DNA of 48,427 nucleotides, the filler included, from Jimgerdemannia flammicorona (Eukaryota), in the NCBI GenBank assembly GCA_003990765.1. It is 2 parts of 2 records of this genome, joined end to end, with 100 filler letters (N's around TTAATTAATTAA, not from the genome) between each part and the next. Parts side by side here need not be neighbours in the genome. Positions count along the whole stretch, not along the records: positions 1 to 24,164 come from RBNJ01001014.1; 1 more part is not named here. One strand, given 5' to 3'. The notes below the pieces were generated by a model that saw only the letters and a program-made list of their open reading frames with translations, searched no databases and was not told the DNA's origin. The stretch's first letter is position 1. The number at the start of each line of letters is the position of its first letter. Both the position numbers and the translations under genes were made by a program. Below are positions 10,597 to 20,858 of the stretch, piece by piece.

Positions 10597-13500
10597 CATC
10601 TTTCTCCACTATTATTTACATAACACAAACTTTAAAACACACTTTTGAACTATTTATTGGAGAAAGATACTAAGATCATAGCAACCAACAAGTAAGCTGA
10701 CATGTATACTAGGTCAGATAGACCTGGAGTCTTTGACTGACAATATATTAGATGAGAGTATGGACTAGAGATAGAGTCTTTTAGTAGTCCAAGTAGGCAG
10801 GACAGTTTGGGCAGTAGTAGTGCTCCCAAATGAGTCGAATCAATTCAAATCGAATCGAATTGAGGGTTAAACAAGTCAAATCGAATTGGGGATTTTTCAA
10901 TTTGAATCAATTCAAATTGAATCAAAAGTCAAATTGAATTGAGGGTCTGATTTGAACCCTAATTTTCAAAATGCAATAACTCAGCGTAAACTCATCCAAA
11001 TCTAACGTACTTTAGCCTGTTAGAATCACATTAATATGGTGAATCTAACAAGCTAAAATACGTTAAATTTGGATGAGATTTCGTCGAGTTATTACATTTT
11101 GAAAATTAAGGGTCGAATCAAATTGGACCTTTGATTCGATTTATTGGGAGCACTAGACAGTAGTAGCAGCACTGGGGGAGAGATAGAAGGGCAGAGGGAG
11201 AGGAGCTTTGCCAATACATTGAAGGCTGGAGAATGGCCTATTGGAGCTCATGATAGGCAGGTAGAGGAGAAGAGAAAGCAGAGAGAAGGAGAAGTGAGAG
11301 GTGCAGCATCTCAGCCAGTGGGTGAAAGAGCTGGAAGAGTAGCTACTGGGAGTAGGGGGAGAACTACTGATAGTGGTGTAACTGAGAATCTGGAAAAAAA
11401 TCCAGATGTGACTGCTGATAGTGGGGCTGAACTGGTAGGACCAAAGAGGAAGAGAGATCTGGTAGATAGTGTGATAGGGCTGATAGTAGTACTATTGCTC
11501 AAGAAGTCAATCTCAGAGTTTGCTATAATCTTGTATTTCCAGGTCTTGGTGGTGATAGTGAGGATAGTTCTGGGGCTTATCTCTAAGTAGGTGGCTGGGG
11601 CTGCCTCGGTGAAGTTCCTGAAGAGTCTGGAGGGGGTTGAGATGGGCTTTGAGAAGGCTGGCCCAATAGAAGAAGTGTTGAAGGCAAGAGTGGCTATAGG
11701 GGAAGTAGTAGTCCCTATAGTGCACTGTCTGAAGTGGGACCTCAGAGAGATTCAGCTACTGGTGAAGAGAGTACCTACTATGATGAAGGTTGAGACTAGA
11801 AGGAGGGTTGAGGAGGTGATGACAGAGTATGGCAATATAGTTAATATTAGATTCCAGATGTGGGAGAGGACTACCTTTAGGATGGGGGATATGGATGTCA
11901 GGATTAGACTGGCTAAGAGAGAGGCCACTGGAAAGATAGGTGATGGGCCCTCAGTACTAATGTGGGGGGCCTTTATCTGTAAGATATCGAGGATGAAGGG
12001 GAGTGAGGAGGAGAAGAAGAATCTGTTGAAAACTCTGAAAGAGATGAGTAGAGTAGTTGAGAGGAAGACAAAGGCCTAAAAGATATATGTATAAGGAGTT
12101 GATATATTTGGAGATTGTAGATGGAAAATATCTCCACACTAACAAGAGGCAGTGGGAGAGGACTCAGGGGTACAAGAGGTAGAGAGAGCTGTTGGCAGGC
12201 CTGGAAGGAAGGGTGAAGAAGAATGAGAGTGGTATAGAGGAGTCTGGAGGTACTGAAGTGAGTATCTGGGCCAGTAAGGGGGAAGAGGATGTCAAAGAGG
12301 ATTGGGATGAGGCCAGGAAGCCACTGCCCAATGACTTATATGCAGATAGTATATTTAAAGTCTGGGAACAGGACTTAGATGGCACTTCTCCTCTTGTCAG
12401 GTGAGGTCCTGCTGTAAAGAGTTGGGCAGCAGAGGATGTGCTGATACATAGTACCCAGTGAGTTCATTTTGGAGTTTCTGATTTGGCAAAAGGGGGTCAG
12501 GTGGTGGCAGTTAGTAAGGATGAGCTAGTGGATGTAATGGAGGAGGAGTGAAATAAGTCTATAAGTACAGAAGTGGATATCATGATGTTGAGTACAGGAT
12601 GGCCAGTGTCTCTGGGAGAGAAGGAGGTAGAGAACCTACTGTAGATGAGCTAGATGATGAACAACTTTGTAGCTGAAGAGTTGAGAGAAGTAGACCTGAG
12701 GGTGATGAGTGAGGAGTATTGGATATAGATTCTGTATAGAGAGAGGGTGGTGGAGGCACTGAAGGTAGAGGTACTTGTAATTTTTCTAGAGAAGGAGGGG
12801 TATGAGATTGATAAGGAGAGAGAGGCTGAGCTGGTGATTATTACTGGTGAGTGGGTGACACACTGTTGGGCAGAGTGTCATGGATTGCAGCTCTGGCAGA
12901 AGGTGTGCCTGGAGTATTAGGAGGAGTTTGAGAAGAAGGAGGATGGGGAGATGGCTGAACTTCTGGTTGAATTGGAGATAAAGATAGCTGTAGAGAAGGA
13001 AGTGGATGCTGAACATAACTTAGATATAGCAAGGGAGGGGATGAATATGGATTTGTAGAGAATGAGTAGTACTTCTAAACATTATTTCCAATGAACAGTA
13101 CAACTAATATTTTTTCTCTGAATGTAAATAGGTTACAGGGCTCTGGGTGGCATAAGAATATTTTTACTTAGCTTAAGAGATTGGAGGCTGATCTCTTTTT
13201 ACTATAGGATGTGCATTGTGAGGATGATGTAGATCAAGTTGAGTGGACTAGAAAATGAGGTGGAGCTACTGCATGGATGGACAAAGTGGCAATTTTGGTG
13301 CAGAGTGGTAAAGGGGATTTGAGTGGAATTAGGAGCTGGGAAGACCATTTGGTATAGGGGGAATGGCATCAACCAGGTTAAGAGCTAATAAGAGTTGGCT
13401 CTTACTACTGCTCTATGGCTAGGGGTGAGCAGATTGTATAGATAAAGAGTCTTTTAGAGGAGGGCACATTCTTGAAGGATGGAGTAGATGTTCTGAGGAG

Positions 13501-16500
13501 TGACTTCAATATGGTGTGAGATCTTCAGTTAGATAGAACTGATGGAGAGAGGATTGCTGATAGAAAGAATGGTGGCCTAGACTCATGGGAAGAGGTAGAG
13601 AACCTTAGCTCCTTGAGAGATATAGGCTGAATATAGTAGAGAGATAAGAGGATTTACATATACTGAGTGAATAGCCTAGATATAAGGATTGACTGGATAC
13701 TGACTGCTGAATGCTGGGGCATGAATATTTGGAGGACTCTGAAGATAGAGTGGTGCCTATGGTTGGATCACTGGGGATTGTTAGAGCAGGGGCAGTTTGG
13801 GGAGAGTGGAGATAGACCTAGACATTGGTGTCTTAACTCCTCCCTACTGACTGAGAAGGTGTTGTAGAACTCTTAGATAGAGGACATTCAGGAGAAGATT
13901 ACTAGCTAGATACATGAGGGCTTGCCAGTGGATGTCCAGTGGATGAAGTTGAAAGAGGATGTGAGGATTTACTAGAGAGGAGCTGGTAGAGTTACTGGGA
14001 GGTAGAGGAGAAAGAGAGTGAGGGCTGCTTCAAATAGGTTGATTAGACTGCAAATGGAATAGGCTGAGTTGATAAATTCTGAAGAAGTGGATGATTGGAG
14101 GTTAGTGCAGACTAAGCTAAAAGTAGTGGAGTTGTAACAGATATTAAGAGAAGAGAAGGAGATACAGATGAAAGAAATGGTAGCTAGATTGAGGTAGTAG
14201 GGACTTGAGGAGAGAGAGAGACCCACTAGGTATTTGTCAAGGCTCCTCTAAGCAAAAAGGGTATAACATCAATGAGATGGAGTCCTTAATGCAGAGGGAA
14301 AAATGGTTCAGAGTATACAACAGATCTTGGGGTTGCTAAAGGAATGATGGAGGGGTCTGTGGAGCGAGAAGGAAGGAGGTGCTGATTGGAGACACTCTGG
14401 AGAATTGAGAGCTACTGTAAGTAGAGAACCTAGGGGATTTGATCCTATTAGTCCAAGAGGAGGAGATCTAGAGAGTCCTTGTAGCAACTAAGCTTAGAAT
14501 AGTACCAGGAGAGGGGAAATAGTAGCCCTCTGTGACATTGTTCTTCTGAATAGCCAGTGGGTAGGAGGGCAGGATCTAGGGCTAGTGATCCTATTGTACA
14601 AGGATAAAGAGAGGAGAGAGGACTGGAAGAACTGGAGGCCAATCATACTTCTGAATATAGACAGGAAGATAATTACTAAGATAATTGTAGCAATATTATA
14701 GAAGATTGTCCAATAGGTACTGAGTGAAGAGCAGTGGGGTTTTGTTGGAGGTAGACTTATCAGGAATGAGACAGCCTGGGTCCATGGCATCATTGAAGGA
14801 GTACAGGCTAGTAGATTGGATGGGAGACTGGTCTTTTTGGATCAAGAGAAGACCTATGACCATGTATAGCAGGTGTGGTTGGATAAGATACTAGATAGAA
14901 TAAGAGTTTCTCTGCTATTTTGAGCTTCTATAATGAATCTGTTGGAGGGCAGTAGGGTGGCACTATTGTGTAATAGTTACTGGGGTCTGACATTTCCCTT
15001 GGGGAGAAGAGTTCCTCAGGGGGATCCACTGTCTCCTATTCTATATATCCTCTCACTAGAACCTTTGATAGATAGGATTTGGCAAAAAGTAGTAGGACTC
15101 TCTATTTATAGTGTAGTGTAGAAGGTGGGGGCCTTTGCAGATAACATAGTGATTGGACTTGGATCAGTGGCAGATGTTGAGGCTCTGAAGGAGACAGTAG
15201 AATAGTATAAGGTACACTCTGGAGCAAAACTCAACTAGTATAAGTGTGAGATAATAGTGTTGGAAAATGGGCTAGTAAGAGGGGATATCATTGGAACAAT
15301 TGTCCCTACAGGAGAGACAGTGAGATATCTGAGTATCTTTCTTTCAGTGTATAGATCTGTCTTGCCATGAGTGTGGTGGGAGAGGAGGGTGACCATCTGG
15401 AGGAAGGCTCTTAGAGGTTGGAGAGGCCACCATATCTCTCTAGTAGGTCAGATATCAATTCTGAATATCTACTGATTCCCTAAGCTGTGGTATTTGACCT
15501 ATTACTTAGACTTTCCTGCTTGGGTGGTGAAGAGATTGATAAAACTGGCTAGGGATTGGATTTGAGCTGGGAGGCAGTCTCAGATCAGTTGGGATACTCT
15601 TTCAATACCAGTAGTTTGAGGAGAGCTAGGACTGGTGGATTTTTCTAAGAGACTGCACTACCTGAGAGCTTGGTGGTTAAAGCAGGCTGTAGAACTAAGG
15701 GGAGGAAGATGAGTACTACTGATGCAGAAGGTATGAAAGATGAGATTCTCTCTGAGAGGGTCCTCAGGGAATTTGCTATCTCTGGTGGGCCTGAGTGGAA
15801 GCCATCAGCTAAGGTATAAAGGTTTCTGGTAGGGGGTAGCAGATAGAGTATACTATATAGATCTGTGCTGGTATAGTAATGAAGGGGAGATGCTGTGGGG
15901 ACTAGCTATGTGGAGATGAGATAAATTGCTTTTAGGGGGCACTCTACTTATTGAGTTTGATATTATAGATAGAGTGGAGTATCAGTGGAGACTCAGTCAG
16001 AATCTTTAGCCTTAAAGTTAGCAAGTAGTGAGGATTGGAAAGAAGTGGGATTGAGCAGGAGTCTGGGTATAGAGTACTGCAGTGTGAAGGTGGCTTCCTT
16101 TCAAGTTCTGGGTAGTATGATAGTAGATACTATAGAGGTATATCATGTTGAATTTCCACACTAGATATCTAGTAGATAGTGGACTACTGGAATGTGAGGA
16201 GTGCTTCAATATAGGATAAGTTGGGGGATCTGTACAGACTCCAGAATACTGACTAGGAGAGTGCAAGATTATGGGGAACTTTTGGATAGTAGTAGAGGAT
16301 CAGGTGGGTGAAAGAAGAGACCAGATAGAGAGAGAGGTTGCTGGGAGGATCTGAGAACTAGGTTGATGAGAGGTGTGGGCAATGAATGGCTTACTATAGA
16401 GTGGGTTTTAGTTATATAGATAGGGCTGGCTGGATATTGACTCTTTGTTTTTGAGAAGAGGTAATAGATGGGTTTGCAGAAGAAGGTGTTAAGATGGGAG

Positions 16501-16770
16501 AGATTGATGGAGAATTTGCTGATAGAGTGGTGGGTTGGATGGGGTCCCCAGGGTAGGCACCACTACTATCTGGTGAAAGAAATATATGAACAGAGTAATG
16601 GGTGGGTGGAGGTGATTAATGACCTAGTGCTCTTTAATGTAGGGGGGGAGGGGGGTCTCTAGAGGGATCAGATAGGGGTGGGCTAAGTATATTATATATT
16701 AAATAGATAGATGTATTATGTAATAAAGGAAGGAGTCTAAGAGACTATAAAAATAAAAAAAAATAAAAAA
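10597..16770 (+). mobile_element. LINE copy 3, full-length, hypermutated, with 10-bp TSD and A-rich tail
   Basis: TSD TACAAGCTAA (10587-10596) / TATAAGCTAA (16771-16780). ORF1 ~10678-13058 (ATG mutated to ATA), ORF2 13091-16662 with dozens of stops; AATAAA and A-tail 16748-16770. Confidence 0.93.
10818..11155 (+). mobile_element. hAT-type MITE copy 1 (inserted in ORF1 of LINE copy 3)
   Basis: TIR TAGTGCTCCCAA...TTGGGAGCACTA; 8-bp TSD GGCAGTAG/GACAGTAG; subterminal AATCG/AATTG pentamer repeats; long internal palindrome ~10945-11128. Confidence 0.9.
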
Positions 16771-17120
16771 TATAAGCTAAACTACTATATCAACTTTTTA
16801 ATCTTATAATTTGTCTCTATTGAGCTAGTATATTACAATATATATATATAAAGTAAAATAGATATATATTTAAAAATAATAAGAATATATATATATATAA
16901 TAGTATACTTTACTATTATATATAGTAATTATATTCTTTAAGTTGATAATCTTTAATATTAATAGCTTAAAAATACTTATATATATTAGATATCTTTAGC
17001 TTGAGAAAGTAGCTATTTTAATATTTAAGTATTATTTATTATATTTATAATTGATTTAGTTTTCTTCCAATAAACTGATTTAGTAATTATAAATTTTAAT
17101 TTTTTAAAGTTTAAGTTTTT

Positions 17121-18308
17121 TTTATTTTTTTATTTTAATGGACTTATGTCCTGCAGAATTTTATTAGAAGAGAATCTAGACTATATAGGCCAAAACCCTC
17201 TCCCACTATCTACCAAGCACTGCCCCCCCATTAACCTAGGCTAGCTATTATCTAGCAGCTCAACTATACCAGGTACAGCAGAGCCTATGTTGGTCCATAT
17301 CTCATTCTGTGTACCACACTCTCCCTACCACCAGGGGAAACCCAATCATATGCCAATAACCAAAAGTGTATGCCTGAGAACCCAATGTATATATAAGGCC
17401 ACACTTGAGCCAAATAGAATAGTCCCTGTCACCCCAAAGAGAATGACAGGCAAAGAAAAACTCTCATCAAAGTATAACATAGTGGGTAGGGCCTGGTTCT
17501 CTTAGTTGAGGTGAGTAAAGGACTTACATGTGAGGTGGGAGGAAGCCCTCAATACTCTACTACTCAAGCCTGTAGGCCTCGATCACATTGCCATATCAGC
17601 TCTCGGTTCTAGTTGAGTGCAGCCAAGATGCCTGAAATGGGTAGCCTTGGGCCCCTCGACCCCCCCTGACGACTGGGGCCCAACCCCACTGACCACCAAA
17701 AGAAGCCGAGAGTGACACCTACCACCTAACTGCACTGCACCAATCAAAAGGCCCCACCAAAGCAGTACCTGCTCTAGCCCTGATGACTGTCCCCAGCCTG
17801 GTACCCTACTGGTTCACCATTATTGCCCTTCCTCCTATCTGTGATGGCCATCTCCCCTCTCATCCCAATAACACCTAAAAAGCAGTTATCTATGCTAGAA
17901 CCATGCTCACCGGGAAGCTCGCCAAAGCCAGAGGGCTCCACTACAGGTACTGAAGATCTGCAGATAATCTATACTGAGCACTTAATGTCCAAGATCGGCT
18001 GACTCCCTATATAGCCCAAGATATATTGAGACAATACCTTATTGATAATGGCAAAGGAAGAAGGTACCACACCAAAACGAGTATACCCCAGATGCAGCTA
18101 AAGGTACCAGAATCTGCGAAAAAGTGGAGAAAGCACCGATCTGACACTAATAAAGAGGTAACTCATCACCATTACCCTTCTCCCACCATGCCCCTGCAGG
18201 CATAGCAAACCAACCTGAGGTAGAGGGGGTAATATTAGGGAAAAGGAGACTCAGAAGGTCACCTACTAAACTCTGTGATCAGTAAGGTAGTGGAGAAAGG
18301 AGTACTGG
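17121..18308 (-). mobile_element. Putative non-autonomous retroposon (~1.2 kb) with poly(A) tail and TSD
   Basis: Flanked by AAGTTTAAGT(T/C)TTTT at 17107 and 18309. Minus-strand 3' end is AATAAA-GGACATAAGTCC-A-rich tail; 5' end carries CTTTCTCCACTA as in LINE copy 3; no recognisable RT. Confidence 0.7.
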
Positions 18309-19102
18309 AAGTTTAAGTCTTTTAATATATCTTTTTTTAGATATAGTCTGAATCTGTATATTTTTTAAATTTAAATATTTATAGAATTCAGAATATCTAA
18401 TTTTAAATAGTTTTATTTTAATTAACATAGAGACTTATATATCTATAAATTATAAACTTAAGTTTTAATTATTTATTTAATATTAAAGAGTAAAAATTTC
18501 TTTAATATTTTTTTAGTAAATAGGAAAATTTCCGAGATTTATTAAGTTATATATATTTTTAAACTCTTTTAGATTTTGCTAACTATTGGTTAAGAAATAT
18601 AAGATATAAAGTTACTTAAATATATATAATATAAAAGTTATATTATAATAATATTCTTACTAAGTTATAATAATATTATTTTTATATATTAACTATAAGG
18701 TAATTGTTCTAAATTTTACTATAAGACTATGATATAATATTTTATATATTCCAAACTATATTTGTTTTAAGATCAAATTCTGACTATTTTAAATTTAATT
18801 ATAGTCTTTATATTTACTTTTTAAATAAACTATTTTAATATATAATATTAATAAAATTGTAGACTATTTTATTTAATAATATTATTGATATCATTGATCT
18901 ATTTTTAGACTATAACTATAGTGATATTAGTGAGATTATATATATACTAAACTAATATAGAAACTAATGTAATTACTATAATATTACTAATATTATAGAC
19001 GAAAATTAATATAAAATCATTATAATCTCATTAATATTATTAGATTTTCCAATATATAATCTTATATTAATGATATAAATTTTAATAGTAATAAAAGTAT
19101 GA

Positions 19103-19592
19103 GGAGAGATTTCAGATAATTGGAAAGGTGGTTGAATTCTATAGAGAAGAGTAGTATTCTCAATAAATTAAATCAAATTGAATTTGACCCAAATTTAATT
19201 TAATATTTAATTTGAACTCAATTTTTTGAAATATAATAACTTGATGAAAACATATCTAAATTTAATGATCTTTAGCTTGTTAGATTCCTCTATATAAGAG
19301 GAATCTAACAAGCCAAAGATTATTAAATATAGACATGTTTTTATTAAGTTATTCTATTTTGAAAAATAGAGTTTGAATTAGACTCTCAATTTGATTTGAA
19401 TTAAAAAATCCCTAATTCAATTTGATTCAAATTGATTCAATTCATTTGAGAGTACTAGAGAAGAGATTGAGAGTAAACTCTATTGAGAGATTGAGTAAAA
19501 AATAAGACCTTGCTATTGTATTATATGGATATAGATTGGTTTGATAACAAATATAGAAGTCCAAGTAACTATAAAATAAAAATAAAAATAAA
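19103..19592 (+). mobile_element. Severely 5'-truncated LINE stub (~180 bp of 3' end plus tail) carrying MITE copy 2
   Basis: TSD AATAAAAGT(A/G)TGA at 19090-19102 and 19593-19605; ends AGTCCAAGTAACTAT(AAAAT)n like copies 3 and 4; translation GRFQIIGKVVEFYREEI resembles the ORF2 end GRVGVVGERVVFICEEV. Confidence 0.65.
19152..19457 (-). mobile_element. hAT-type MITE copy 2 (opposite orientation to copy 1, C>T/G>A eroded)
   Basis: TIR TAGTATTCTCAA...TTGAGAGTACTA; perfect 8-bp TSD GAGAAGAG (19144-19151, 19458-19465); same palindromic core TTTAGCTTGTTAGATTC...GAATCTAACAAGC. Confidence 0.88.
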
Positions 19593-20858
19593 AATAAAAG
19601 TGTGAACATTATTCCTGAAATCTGAGTATTGCATCTTATGGTGATGCATACTGATTACTGAGAGTTGAAGGTGTGGATGTCAACAATATCAATATAAGCT
19701 ATATCACACCTTTAGTTTGTGGATACTATATGGATTATCAGTTAGTCATAACCAGTCATCATTTCAAAAGATTATTTTCATAAATCAACCATCTTCCAAT
19801 TAATCATATAAGAGATAGCATACCGATATATGTCGCCACCTGCTTATAGGGAGCAGGAATAGGGGGGTAAGATTTGGTTGAGGACGGTTGTATGTATGTG
19901 GCGATGCATAAGGTACAGGAAGCCACAAGTATCTTATCCATATATCATCACACTCTGCAGGCTTGGTTAGAAACCCCACCAACAAACGAGCACACTGCAT
20001 CCGCGACCATTGCGAACGGCACCACGGGATGGACGAGGCTAAGCTCAAGCACACCGTTTTGGCTTCCAGGGCTCGACGGGACTGTCATGTCAGGCAGTCA
20101 CAGATGTTGTTGAAATGTGCCCCCATTCCGTATAATATTTCCTTGGCGTTCCAAATCCCCAAACGCGCAATTTATTTCTCTGCCCATGCGTGCTCAAAAT
20201 GTCAGTTTGGGAGGGATCGGCCGAGAAATCAAAGCGAAGCGTTGGAAGTCGTGCTTTTATCCCCGCATCACTCTTTCTCTCTTTGTTGCCCCGTCAGCTT
20301 GACTTTCATCCTCAGAACTCTAGGACAGAGGCCGAAGGTGAGTTGCCATGCGGGTTTCGGTATATGACCGCCGTCGTTCTCTGTTCGGCTTGAGCCTGGA
20401 TGATGATTTGACCTGGCAGAATTCCCTTATATGAGACGGCGCGGCGAAACGACGACGGAATGTAGTCGTCTAAACCCATACTGTCTCTGTTTTTCATGGC
20501 TTGAAGATGAGGCAAGACGTTTATGTATCGAGCACCATTGGGAAGAAAAGTAATTGAGCGTGGTTACTTATTGAGCATCCATTTTTGTCGCCAACACTTT
20601 TTTATTTAACCAGGGGCATTATATACCTCTAGATGCAATGCCGTCCAATGCTGACTCGATTTATTAGAGAAACCGGAAGCAAACATAAATACAATAGATA
20701 AAAATCGGCAGACAAAAAAAAAAAAGCATCAACCGAACAAGTAAAACGTCGAGCACCGCTTCCAAAATCGCACGCTGCATTACCCCCCTCAGCATCATCA
20801 TCAATTTCTAACCCCACTTCTTAAGGAGACTCTCGCCTCTCCACCGTTTCCTCCCCTC

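Larger units (their letters stand above)
10340..16837 (+). mobile_element. Second, heavily AT-mutated LTR copy split by LINE copy 3 (LTR parts ~10340-10596 and 16781-16837)
   Basis: Left part matches LTR1 (GAACTGTC.CAAT, TTTGACTATTATAC.ACTAAATAC, ACAAAGTAACTG). Right part resumes exactly (TCTATTGAGCTAG..ATTACA). Left boundary is approximate. Confidence 0.75.
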
